NCBI GenBank assembly: GCA_964016885.1
Contig: OZ024743.1
Coordinates: 337,776,001-337,840,000, forward strand
Direction: 5' to 3'
Source: Eledone cirrhosa
Taxonomy: Eukaryota
DNA length: 64,000 nt
Shown here piece by piece: positions 12,101 through 25,869 of the stretch (the first letter of the stretch is position 1; every line of letters begins with the position of its first letter). The position numbers and the translations under genes were made by a program. The notes below the pieces were generated by a model, which saw only the letters and a program-made list of their open reading frames with translations, searched no databases and was not told the origin of the DNA.

Positions 12101-15100
12101 GATGAGGAGGTAGATGAAACAGTAATATACTCTGGCTGGTTATTCTGTCTATTAAGTAGTTGAGGAGGTAGATGAAACAGTAATATACTCTGGCTGGTTA
12201 TTCTGTCTATGATCTAGATGAGGAGGTAGATGAAACAGTAATATACTCTGGCTGGTTATTCTGTCTATTAAGTAGTTGAGGAGGTAGATGAAACAGTAAT
12301 ATACTCTGGCTGGTTATTCTGTCTATTAAGTAGTTGAGGAGGTAGATGAAACAGTAATATACTCTGGCTGGTTATTCTGTCTATGATCTAGATGAGGATG
12401 TAGATGAAATAGTAATATACTCTGGCTGGTTATTCTGTCTATTAAGTAGTTGAGGAGGTAGATGAAACAGTAATATACTCTGGCTGGTTATTCTGTCTAT
12501 TAAGTAGTTGAGGAGGTAGATGAAACAGTAATATACTCTGGCTGATTATTCTGTCTATGATCTAGATGAGGATGTAGATGAAACAGTAATATACTCTGGC
12601 TGGTTATTCTGTCTATTAAGTAGTTGAGGAGGTAGATGAAACAGTAATATACTCTGGCTGGTTATTCTGTCTATTATGTAGTTGAGGAGGTAGATGAAAC
12701 AGTAATATACTCTGGCTGGTTATTCTGTCTATTAAGTAGTTGAGGAGGTAGATGTAACAGTAATATACTCTGGCTGGTTATTCTGTCTATTAAGTAGTTG
12801 AGGATGTAGATGTAACAGTAATATACTCTGGCTGGTTATTCTGTCTATTAAGTAGTTGAGGAGGTAGATGTAACAGTAATATACTCTGGCTGGTTATTCT
12901 GTCTATTAAGTAGTTGAGGAGGTAGATGAAACAGTAATATACTCTGGCTGGTTATTATGTCCATGAAGTAGTTGAGGAGGTAGATGAAACAGTAATATAC
13001 TCTGGCTGGTTATTCTGTCTATTAACTAGTTGAGGATGTAGATGTAACAGTAATATACTCTGGCTGGTTATTCTGTCCATGAAGTAGTTGAGGAGGTAGA
13101 TGAAACAGTAATATACTCTGGCTGGTTATTCTGTCTATTAAGTAGTTGGGGAGGTAGATGTAACAGTAATATACTCTGGCTGGTTATTCTGTCTATTAAG
13201 TAGTTGAGGAGGTAGATGTAACAGTAATATACTCTGGCTGGTTATTCTGTCTATTAAGTAGTTGAGGAGGTAGATGAAACAGTAATATACTCTGCCTGGT
13301 TATTCTGTCTATTAAGTAGTTGAGGAGGTAGATGTAACAGTAATATACTCTGACTGGTTATTCTGTCTATTAAGTAGTTGAGGAGGTAGATGTAACAGTA
13401 ATATACTCTGGCTGGTTATTCTGTCTATTAAGTAGTTGAGGAGGTAGATGTAACAGTAATATACTCTGGCTGGTTATTCTGTCTATTAAGTAGTTGAGGA
13501 GGTAGATGAAAGAGTAATATACTCTGGCTGGTTATTCTGTCTATGATCTAGATGAGGAGGTAGATGAAACAGTAATATACTCTGGCTGGTTATTCTGTCT
13601 ATTAAGTAGTTGAGGAGGTAGATGAAACAGTAATATACTCTGGCTGGTTATTCTGTCTATGATCTAGATGAGGAGGTAGATGAAACAGTAATATACTCTG
13701 GCTGGTTATTCTGTCTATTAAGTAGTTGAGGATGTAGATGTAACAGTAATATACTCTGGCTGGTTATTCTGTCCATGAAGTAGTTTAGGAGGTAGATGAA
13801 ACAGTAATATACTCTGGCTGGTTATTCTGTCCATGAAGTAGTTGAGGAGGTAGATGTAACAGTAATATACTCTGGCTGGTTATTCTGTCCATGAAGTAGT
13901 TGAGGAGGTAGATGTAACAGTAATATACTCTGCCTGGTTATTCTGTCTATTAAGTAGTTGAGGAGGTAGATGAAACAGTAATATACTCTGCCTGGTTATT
14001 CTGTCTATTAAGTAGTTGAGGAGGTAGATGTAACAGTAATATACTCTGGCTGGTTATTCTGTCTATTAAGTAGTTGAGGAGGTAGATGTAACAGTAATAT
14101 GCTCTGGCTGGTTATTCTGTCTATTAAGTAGTTGAGGAGGTAGATGTAACAGTAATATACTCTGGCTGGTTATTCTGTCTATTAAGTAGTTGAGGAGGTA
14201 GATGAAACAGTAATATACTCTGGCTGGTTATTCTGTCTATGATCTAGATGAGGAGGTAGATGAAACAGCAATATACTCTGGCTGGTTATTCTGTCTATGA
14301 TCTAGGTGAGGAGGTAGATGAAACAGTAATATACTCTGGCTGGTTATTCTGTCTATTAAATAGTTGAGGATGTAGATGTAACAGTAATATACTCTGGCTG
14401 GTTATTCTGTCCATGAAGTAGTTTAGGAGGTAGATGAAACAGTAATATACTCTGGCTGGATATTCTGTCCATGAAGTAGTTGAGGAGGTAGATGTAACAG
14501 TAATATACTCTGGCTGGTTATTCTGTCCATGAAGTAGTTGAGGAGGTAGATGTAACAGTAATATACTCTGGCTGGTTATTCTGTCCATGAAGTAGTTGAG
14601 GAGGTAGATGAAACAGTAATATACTCTGGCTGGTTATTCTGTCCATGAAGTAGTTGAGGATGTAGATGAAACAGTAATATACTCTGGCTGGTTATTCTGT
14701 CTATTAAGTAGTTGAGGAGGTAGATGAAACAGTAATATACTCTGGCTGGTTGTTCTGTCTATTAAGTAGTTGAGGAGGTAGATGAAACAGTAATATACTC
14801 TGGCTGGTTATTCTGTCTATGATCTAGATGAGGAGGTGGATGAAACAGTAATATACTCTGGCTGGTTATTCTGTCTATTAAGTAGTTGAGGAGGTAGATG
14901 AAATAGTAATATACTCTGGCTGGTTATTCTGTCTATGATCTAGATGAGGAGGTAGATGAAACAGTAATATACTCTGGCTGGTTATTCTGTCTATTAAGTA
15001 GTTGAGGAGGTAGATGAAACAGTAATATACTCTGGCTGGTTATTCTGTCTATGATCTAGATGAGGAGGTAGATGAAACAGTAATATACTCTGGCTGGTTA

Positions 15101-18100
15101 TTCTGTCTATTAAGTAGTTGAGGAGGTAGATGAAACAGTAATATACCCTGGCTGGTTATTCTGTCTATTAAGTAGTTGAGGAGGTAGATGAAACAGTAAT
15201 ATACTCTGGCTGGTTATTCTGTCTATGATCTAGATGAGGATGTAGATGAAATAGTAATATACTCTGGCTGGTTATTCTGTCTATTAAGTAGTTGAGGAGG
15301 TAGATGAAACAGTAATATACTCTGGCTGGTTATTCTGTCTATTAAGTAGTTGAGGAGGTAGATGAAACAGTAATATACTCTGGCTGGTTATTCTGTCTAT
15401 GATCTAGATGAGGATGTAGATGAAACAGTAATATACTCTGGCTGGTTATTCTGTCTATTAAGTAGTTGAGGAGGTAGATGAAACAGTAATATACTCTGGC
15501 TGGTTATTCTGTCTATTATGTAGTTGAGGAGGTAGATGAAACAGTAATATACTCTGGCTGGTTATTCTGTCTATTAAGTAGTTGAGGAGGTAGATGTAAC
15601 AGTAATATACTGTGGCTGGTTATTCTGTCTATTAAGTAGTTGAGGAGGTAGATGTAACAGTAATATACTCTGGCTGGTTATTCTGTCTATTAAGTAGTTG
15701 AGGAGGTAGATGAAACAGTAATATACTCTGGCTGGTTATTATGTCCATGAAGTAGTTGAGGAGGTAGATGAAACAGTAATATACTCTGGCTGGTTATTCT
15801 GTCTATTAACTAGTTGAGGATGTAGATGTAACAGTAATATACTCTGGCTGGTTATTCTGTCCATGAAGTAGTTGAGGAGGTAGATGAAACAGTAATATAC
15901 TCTGGCTGGTTATTCTGTCTATTAAGTTGTTGGGGAGGTAGATGTAACAGTAATATACTCTGGCTGGTTATTCTGTCTATTAAGTAGTTGAGGAGGTAGA
16001 TGTAACAGTAATATACTCTGGCTGGTTATTCTGTCTATTAAGTAGTTGAGGAGGTAGATGAAACAGTAATATACTCTGGCTGGTTATTCTGTCCATGAAG
16101 TAGTTTAGGAGGTAGATGAAACAGTAATATACTCTGGCTGGTTATTCTGTCCATGAAGTAGTTGAGGGGGTAGATGTAACAGTAATATACTCTGGCTGGT
16201 TATTCTGTCCATGAAGTAGTTGAGGAGGTAGATGTAACAGTAATATACTCTGCCTGGTTATTCTGTCCATGAAGTAGTTGAGGAGGTAGATGAAACAGTA
16301 ATATACTCTGGCTGGTTATTCTGTCCATGAAGTAGTTGAGGATGTAGATGAAACAGTAATATACTCTGGCTGGTTATTCTGTCTATTAAGTAGTTGAGGA
16401 GGTAGATGTAACAGTAATATACTCTGGCTGGTTATTCTGTCTATTAAGTAGTTGAGGAGGTAGATGAAATAGTAATATACTCTGGCTGGTTATTCTGTCT
16501 ATTAAGTAGTTGAGGAGGTAGATGTAACAGTAATATACTCTGGCTGGTTATTCTGTCCATGAAGTAGTTGAGGAGGTAGATGTAACAGTAATATACTCTG
16601 GCTGGTTTTTCTGTCTATTAAGTAGTTGAGGAGGTAGATGTAACAGTAATATACTCTTGCTGGTTATTCTGTCCATGAAGTAGTTGAGGAGGTAGATGTA
16701 ACAGTAATATACTCTGGCTGGTTATTCTGTCTATTAAGTAGTTGAGGAGGTAGATGTAACAGTAATATACTCTGGCTGGTTATTCTGTCAATGAAGTAGT
16801 TGAGGAGGTAGATGTAACAGTAATATACTCAGGCTGGTTATTCTGTCCATGAAGTAGTTGAGGAGGTAGATGTAACAGTAATATACTCTGGCTGGTTATT
16901 CTGTCTATGATCTAGATGAGGATGTAGATGAATCAGTAATATACTCTGGCTGGTTATTCTGTCTATTAAGTAGTTGAGGAGGTAGATGAAACAGTAATAT
17001 ACTCTGGCTGGTTATTCTGTCCATGAAGTAGTTGAGGAGGTAGATGTAACAGTAATATACTCTGGCTGGTTATTCTGTCTATTAAGTAGTTGAGGAGGTA
17101 GATGAAACAGTAATATACTCTGGCTGGTTATTCTGTCTATGATCTAGATGAGGAGGTAGATGAAACAGTAATATACTCTGGCTGGTTATTCTGTCTATTA
17201 AGTAGTTGAGGATGTAGATGTAACAGTAATATACTCTGGCTGGTTATTCTGTCTATTAAGTAGTTGAGGAGGTAGATGAAACAGTAATATACTCTGGCTG
17301 GTTATTCTGTCCATGAAGTAGTTGAGGAGGTAGATGAAACAGTAATATACTCTGCCTTGTTATTCTGTCTCTTATGTAGTTGAGGAGGTAGATGAAACAG
17401 TAATATACTCTGGCTGGTTATTCTGTCTATTAAGTAGTTGAGGAGGTAGATGAAACAGTAATATACTCTGGCTGGTTATTCTGTCTATTAAGTAGTTGAG
17501 GAGGTAGATGAAACAGTAATATACTCTGGCAGGTTATTCTGTCTATGATCTAGATGAGGAGTTAGATGAAACAGTAATATACTCTGGCTGGTTATTCTGT
17601 CTATTAAGTAGTTGAGGAGGTAGATGAAACAGTAATATACTCTGGCTGGTTATTCTGTCTATGATCTAGATGAGGAGGTAGATGAAACAGTAATATACTC
17701 TGGCTGGTTATTCTGTCTATTAAGTAGTTGAGGAGGTAGATGAAACAGTAATATACTCTGGCTGGTTATTCTGTCTATGATCTAGATGAGGAGGTAGATG
17801 AAACAGTAATATACTCTGGCTGGTTATTCTGTCTATTAAGTAGTTGAGGAGGTAGATGAAACAGTAATATACTCTGGCTGGTTATTCTGTCTATTAAGTA
17901 GTTGAGGAGGTAGATGAAACAGTAATATACTCTGGCTGGTTATTCTGTCTATGATCTAGATGAGGATGTAGATGAAACAGTAATATACTCTGGCTGGTTA
18001 TTCTGTCTATTAAGTAGTTGAGGAGGTAGATGAAACAGTAATATACTCTGGCTGGTTATTCTGTCTATTAAGTAGTTGAGGAGGTAGATGAAACAGTAAT

Positions 18101-21100
18101 ATACTCTGGCTGGTTATTCTGTCTATGATCTAGATGAGGATGTAGATGAAACATTAATATACTCTGGCTGGTTATTCTGTCTATTAAGTAGTTGAGGAGG
18201 TAGATGAAACAGTAATATACTCTGGCTGGTTATTCTGTCTATTAAATAGTTTAGGAGGTAGATGAAACAGTAATATACTCTGGCTGGTTATTCTGTCTAT
18301 TATGTAGTTGAGGAGGTAGATGAAACAGTAATATACTCTGGCTGGTTATTCTGTCTATTAAGTAGTTGAGGAGGTAGATGAAACAGTAATATACTCTGGC
18401 TGGTTATTCTGTCTATTAAGTAGCTGAGGAGGTAGATGTAACAGTAATATACTCTGGCTGGTTATTCTGTCCATGAAGTAGTTGAGAAGGTAGATGAAAC
18501 AGTAATATACTCTGGCTGGTTATTCTGTCTATTAAGTAGTTGAGGAGGTAGATGAAACAGTAATATACTCTGGCTGGTTATTATGTCCATGAAGTAGTTG
18601 AGGAGCTAGATGTAACAGTAATATACTCTGGCTGGTTATTCTGTCTATTAAGTAGTTGAGGAGGTAGATGTAACAGGAATATACTCTGGCTGGTTATTCT
18701 GTCTATTAAGTAGTTGAGGAGGTAGATGAAACAGTAATATACTCTGGCTGGTTATTATGTCCATGAAGTAGTTGAGGAGGTAGATGAAACAGTAATATAC
18801 TCTGGCTGGTTATTCTGTCTATCAAGTAGTTGAGGATGTAGATGTAACAGTAATATACTCTGGCTGGTTATTCTGTCTATTAAGTAGCTGAGGAGGTAGA
18901 TGTAACAGTAATATACTCTGGCTGGTTATTCTGTCTATTAAGTAGTTGAGGAGGTAGATGTAACAGTAACATACTCTGGCTGGTTATTCTGTCTATTAAG
19001 TAGTTGAGGAGGTAGATGAAACAGTAATATACTCTGCCTGGTTATTCTGTCTATTAAGTAGTTGAGGAGGTAGATGTAACAGTAATATACTCTGACTGGT
19101 TATTCTGTCTATTAAGTAGTTGAGGAGGTAGATGTAACAGTAATATACTCTGGCTGGTTATTCTGTCTATTAAGTAGTTGAGGAGGTAGATGTAACAGTA
19201 ATATACTCTGGCTGGTTATTCTGTCTATTAAGTAGTTGAGGAGGTAGATGAAAGAGTAATATACTCTGGCTGGTTATTCTGTCTATGATCTAGATGAGGA
19301 GGTAGATGAAACAGTAATATACTCTTTTTGGTTATTCTGTCTATTAAGTAGTTGAGGAGGTAGATGAAACAGTAATATACTCTGGCTGGTTATTCTGCCT
19401 ATGATCTAGATGAGGAGGTAGATGAAACAGTAATATACTCTGGCAGGTTATTCTGTCTATTAAGTAGTTGAGGATGTAGATGTAACAGTAATATACTCTG
19501 GCTGGTTATTCTGTCCATGAAGTAGTTTAGGAGGTAGATGAAACAGTAATATACTCTGGCTGGTTATTCTGTCCATGAAGTAGTTGAGGAGGTAGATGTA
19601 ACAGTAATATACTCTGGCTGGTTATTCTGTCCATGAAGTAGTTGAGCAGGTAGATGTAACAGTAATATACTCTGCCTGGTTATTCTGTCCATGAAGTAGT
19701 TGAGGAGGTAGATGAAACAGTAATATACTCTGGCTGGTTATTCTGTCCATGAAGTAGTTGAGGATGTAGATGAAACAGTAATATACTCTGGCTGGTTATT
19801 CTGTCTATTAAGTAGTTGAGGAGGTAGATGTAACAGTAATATACTCTGGCTGGTTATTCTGTCTATTAAGTAGTTGAGGAGGTAGATGAAACAGTAATAT
19901 ACTCTGGCTGGTTATTCTGTCTATTAAGTAGTTGAGGAGGTATATGTAACAGTAATATACTCTGGCTGGTTATTCTGTCCATGAAGTAGTTGAGGAGGTA
20001 GATGTAACAGTAATATACTCTGCCTGGTTATTCTGTCCATGAAGTAGTTGAGGAGGTAGATGAAACAGTAATATACTCTGGCTGGTTATTCTGTCCATGA
20101 AGTAGTTGAGGATGTAGATGAAACAGTAATATACTCTGGCTGGTTATTCTGTCTATTAAGTAGTTGAGGAGGTAGATGTAACAGTAATATACTCTGGCTG
20201 GTTATTCTGTCTATTAAGTAGTTGAGGAGGTAGATGAAACAGTAATATACTCTGGCTGGTTATTCTGTCTATTAAGTAGTTGAGGAGGTAGATGTAACAG
20301 TAATATACTCTGGCTGGTTATTCTGTCCATGAAGTAGTTGAGGAGGTAGATGTAACAGTAATATACTCTGGCTGGTTTTTCTGTCTATTAAGTAGTTGAG
20401 GAGGTAGATGTAACAGTAATATACTCTTGCTGGTTATTCTGTCCATGAAGTAGTTGAGGAGGTAGATGTAACAGTAATATACTCTGGCTGGTTATTCTGT
20501 CTATTAAGTAGTTGAGGAGGTAGATGTAACAGTAATATACTCTGGCTGGTTATTCTGTCCATGAAGTAGTTGAGGAGGTAGATGTAACAGTAATATACTC
20601 TGGCTGGTTATTCTGTCCATGAAGTAGTCGAGGAGGTAGATGTAACAGTAATATACTCTGGCTGGTTATTCTGTCTATGATCTAGATGAGGATGTAGATG
20701 AATCAGTAATATACTCTGGCTGGTTATTCTGTCTATTAAGTAGTTGAGGAGGTAGATGAAACAGTAATATACTCTGGCTGGTTATTCTGTCCATGAAGTA
20801 GTTAAGGAGGTAGATGTAACAGTAATATACTCTGGCTGGTTATTCTGTCTATTAAGTAGTTGAGGAGGTAGATGAAACAGTAATATACTCTGCCTTGTTA
20901 TTCTGTCTCTTATGTAGTTGAGGAGGTAGATGAAACAGTAATATACTCTGGCTGGTTATTCTGTCTATTAAGTAGTTGAGGAGGTAGATGAAACAGTAAT
21001 ATACTCTGGCTGGTTATTCTGTCTATTAAGTAGTTGAGGAGGTAGATGAAACAGTAATATACTCTGGCAGGTTATTCTGTCTATGATCTAGATGAGGAGT

Positions 21101-21399
21101 TAGATGAAACAGTAATATACTCTGGCTGGTTATTCTGTCTATTAAGTAGTTGAGGAGGTAGATGAAACAGTAATATACTCTGGCTGGTTATTCTGTCTAT
21201 GATCTAGATGAGGAGGTAGATGAAACAGTAATATACTCTGGCTGGTTATTCTGTCTATTAAGTAGTTGAGGAGGTAGATGAAACAGTAATATACTCTGGC
21301 TGGTTATTCTGTCTATGATCTAGATGAGGAGGTAGATGAAACAGTAATATACTCTGGCTGGTTATTCTGTCTATTAAGTAGTTGAGGAGGTAGATGAAA

Positions 21400-24300
21400 C
21401 AGTAATATACTCTGGCTGGTTATTCTGTCTATTAAGTAGTTGAGGAGGTAGATGAAACAGTAATATACTCTGGCTGGTTATTCTGTCTATGATCTAGATG
21501 AGGATGTAGATGAAACAGTAATATACTCTGGCTGGTTATTCTGTCTATTAAGTAGTTGAGGAGGTAGATGAAACAGTAATATACTCTGGCTGGTTATTCT
21601 GTCTATGATCTAGATGAGGATGTAGATGAAACATTAATATACTCTGGCTGGTTATTCTGTCTATTAAGTAGTTGAGGAGGTAGATGAAACAGTAATATAC
21701 TCTGGCTGGTTACTCTGTCTATTAAATAGTTTAGGAGGTAGATGAAACAGTAATATACTCTGGCTGGTTATTCTGTCTATTATGTAGTTGAGGAGGTAGA
21801 TGAAACAGTAATATACTCTGGCTGGTTATTCTGTCTATTAAGTAGTTGAGGAGGTAGATGAAACAGTAATATACTCTGGCTGGTTATTCTGTCTATTAAG
21901 TAGCTGAGGAGGTAGATGTAACAGTAATATACTCTGGCTGGTTATTCTGTCTATTAAGTAGTTGAGGAGGTAGATGAAACAGTAATATACTCTGGCTGGT
22001 TATTCTGTCCATGAAGTAGTTGAGGAGGTAGATGAAACAGTAATATACTCTGGCTGGTTATTCTGTCTATTAAGTAGTTGAGGAGGTAGATGAAACAGTA
22101 ATATACTCTGGCTGGTTATTATGTCCATGAAGTAGTTGAGGAGCTAGATGTAACAGTAATATACTCTGGCTGGTTATTCTGTCTATTAAGTAGTTGAGGA
22201 GGTAGATGTAACAGGAATATACTCTGGCTGGTTATTCTGTATATTAAGTAGTTGAGGAGGTAGATGAAACAGTAATATACTCTGGCTGGTTATTATGTCC
22301 ATGAAGTAGTTGAGGAGGTAGATGAAACAGTAATATACTCTGGCTGGTTATTCTGTCTATTAAGTAGTTGAGGATGTAGATGTAACAGTAATATACTCTG
22401 GCTGGTTATTCTGTCTATTAAGTAGCTGAGGAGGTAGATGTAACAGTAATATACTCTGGCTGGTTATTCTGTCTATTAAGTAGTTGAGGAGGTAGATGTA
22501 ACAGTAATATACTCTGGCTGGTTATTCTGTCTATTAAGTAGTTGAGGAGGTAGATGAAACAGTAATATACTGTGCTTGGTTATTCTGTCTATTAAGTAGT
22601 TGAGGAAGTAGATGTAACAGTAATATACTCTGACTGGTTATTCTGTCTATTAAGTAGTTGAGGAGGTAGATGTAACAGTAATATACTCTGGCTGGTTATT
22701 CTGTCTATTAAGTAGTTGAGGAGGTAGATGTAACAGTAATATACTCTTGCTGGTTATTCTGTCTATTAAGTAGTTGAGGAGGTAGATGAAAGAGTAATAT
22801 ACTCTGGCTGGATATTCTGTCTATGATCTAGATGAGGAGGTAGATGAAACAGTAATATACTCTGGCTGGTTATTCTGTCTATTAAGTAGTTGAGGAGGTA
22901 GATGAAACAGTAATATACTCTGGCTGGTTATTCTGTCTATGATCTAGATGAGGAGGTAGATGAAACAGTAATATACTCTGGCTGGTTATTCTGTCTATTA
23001 AGTAGTTGAGGATGTAGATGTAACAGTAATATACTCTGGCTGGTTATTCTGTCCATGAAGTAGTTTAGGAGGTAGATGAAACAGTAATATACTCTGGCTG
23101 GTTATTCTGTCTATTAAGTAGTTGAGGAGGTAGATGAAACAGTAATATACTCTGGCTGGTTATTCTGTCTATGATCTAGATGAGGATGTAGATGAAACAG
23201 TAATATACTCTGGCTGGTTATTCTGTCTATTAAGTAGTTGAGGAGGTAGATGAAACAGTAATATACTCTGGCTGGTTATTCTGTCTATGATCTAGATGAG
23301 GATGTAGATGAAACATTAATATACTCTGGCTGGTTATTCTGTCTATTAAGTAGTTGAGGAGGTAGATGAAACAGTAATATACTCTGGCTGGTTACTCTGT
23401 CTATTAAATAGTTTAGGAGGTAGATGAAACAGTAATATACTCTGGCTGGTTATTCTGTCTATTATGTAGTTGAGGAGGTAGATGAAACAGTAATATACTC
23501 TGGCTGGTTATTCTGTCTATTAAGTAGTTGAGGAGGTAGATGAAACAGTAATATACTCTGGCTGGTTATTCTGTCTATTAAGTAGCTGAGGAGGTAGATG
23601 TAACAGTAATATACTCTGGCTGGTTATTCTGTCTATTAAGTAGTTGAGGAGGTAGATGAAACAGTAATATACTCTGGCTGGTTATTCTGTCCATGAAGTA
23701 GTTGAGGAGGTAGATGAAACAGTAATATACTCTGGCTGGTTATTCTGTCTATTAAGTAGTTGAGGAGGTAGATGAAACAGTAATATACTCTGGCTGGTTA
23801 TTATGTCCATGAAGTAGTTGAGGAGCTAGATGTAACAGTAATATACTCTGGCTGGTTATTCTGTCTATTAAGTAGTTGAGGAGGTAGATGTAACAGGAAT
23901 ATACTCTGGCTGGTTATTCTGTATATTAAGTAGTTGAGGAGGTAGATGAAACAGTAATATACTCTGGCTGGTTATTATGTCCATGAAGTAGTTGAGGAGG
24001 TAGATGAAACAGTAATATACTCTGGCTGGTTATTCTGTCTATTAAGTAGTTGAGGATGTAGATGTAACAGTAATATACTCTGGCTGGTTATTCTGTCTAT
24101 TAAGTAGCTGAGGAGGTAGATGTAACAGTAATATACTCTGGCTGGTTATTCTGTCTATTAAGTAGTTGAGGAGGTAGATGTAACAGTAATATACTCTGGC
24201 TGGTTATTCTGTCTATTAAGTAGTTGAGGAGGTAGATGAAACAGTAATATACTGTGCTTGGTTATTCTGTCTATTAAGTAGTTGAGGAAGTAGATGTAAC

Positions 24301-24780
24301 AGTAATATACTCTGACTGGTTATTCTGTCTATTAAGTAGTTGAGGAGGTAGATGTAACAGTAATATACTCTGGCTGGTTATTCTGTCTATTAAGTAGTTG
24401 AGGAGGTAGATGTAACAGTAATATACTCTTGCTGGTTATTCTGTCTATTAAGTAGTTGAGGAGGTAGATGAAAGAGTAATATACTCTGGCTGGATATTCT
24501 GTCTATGATCTAGATGAGGAGGTAGATGAAACAGTAATATACTCTGGCTGGTTATTCTGTCTATTAAGTAGTTGAGGAGGTAGATGAAACAGTAATATAC
24601 TCTGGCTGGTTATTCTGTCTATGATCTAGATGAGGAGGTAGATGAAACAGTAATATACTCTGGCTGGTTATTCTGTCTATTAAGTAGTTGAGGATGTAGA
24701 TGTAACAGTAATATACTCTGGCTGGTTATTCTGTCCATGAAGTAGTTTAGGAGGTAGATGAAACAGTAATATACTCTGGC
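21400..24780. repeat. Tandem duplication of a 29-monomer (1682-bp) block
   Basis: Private markers TACTCTGTCT 21711/23393, TGTGCTTGG 22571/24253, TGAGGAAGTA 22601/24283 and GAAAGAG variant base 22792/24474; offset 1682=29x58. Confidence 0.9.
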
Positions 24781-25869
24781 TGGTTATTCTGTCCATGAAG
24801 TAGTTGAGGAGGTAGATGTAACAGTAATATACTCTGGCTGGTTATTCTGTCCATGAAGTAGTTGAGGAGGTAGATGTAACAGTAATATACTCTGCCTGGT
24901 TATTCTGTCCATGAAGTAGTTGAGGAGGTAGATGAAACAGTAATATACTCTGGCTGGTTATTCTGTCCATGAAGTAGTTGAGGAGGTAGATGAAACAGTA
25001 ATATACTCTGGCTGGTTATTCTGTCTATTAAGTAGTTGAGGATGTAGATGTAACAGTAATATACTCTGGCTGGTTATTCTGTCTATTAAGTAGCTGAGGA
25101 GGTAGATGTAACAGTAATATACTCTGGCTGGTTATTCTGTCTATTAAGTAGTTGAGGAGGTAGATGTAACAGTAATATACTCTGGCTGGTTATTCTGTCT
25201 ATTAAGTAGTTGAGGAGGTAGATGAAACAGTAATATACTCTGCCTGGTTATTCTGTCTATTAAGTAGTTGAGGAGGTAGATGTAACAGTAATATACTCTG
25301 ACTGGTTATTCTGTCTATTAAGTAGTTGAGGAGGTAGATGTAACAGTAATATACTCTGGCTGGTTATTCTGTCTATTAAGTAGTTGAGGAGGTAGATGTA
25401 ACAGTAATATACTCTGGCTGGTTATTCTGTCTATTAAGTAGTTGAGGAGGTAGATGAAAGAGTAATATACTCTGGCTGGTTATTCTGTCTATGATCTAGA
25501 TGAGGAGGTAGATGAAACAGTAATATACTCTGGCTGGTTATTCTGTCTATTAAGTAGTTGAGGAGGTAGATGAAACAGTAATATACTCTGGCTGGTTATT
25601 CTGTCTATGATCTAGATGAGGAGGTAGATGAAACAGTAATATACTCTGGCTGGTTATTCTGTCTATTAAGTAGTTGAGGATGTAGATGTAACAGTAATAT
25701 ACTCTGGCTGGTTATTCTGTCCATGAAGTAGTTTAGGAGGTAGATGAAACAGTAATATACTCTGGCTGGTTATTCTGTCCATGAAGTAGTTGAGGAGGTA
25801 GATGTAACAGTAATATACTCTGGCTGGTTATTCTGTTCATGAAGTAGTTGAGGAGGTAGATGTAAGAGT

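Noticed and set aside
14295-14588. Second near-identical 97-aa ORF
   Set aside because: It is the same monomer run duplicated at offset 7308 = 126x58, so it is not independent evidence of coding.
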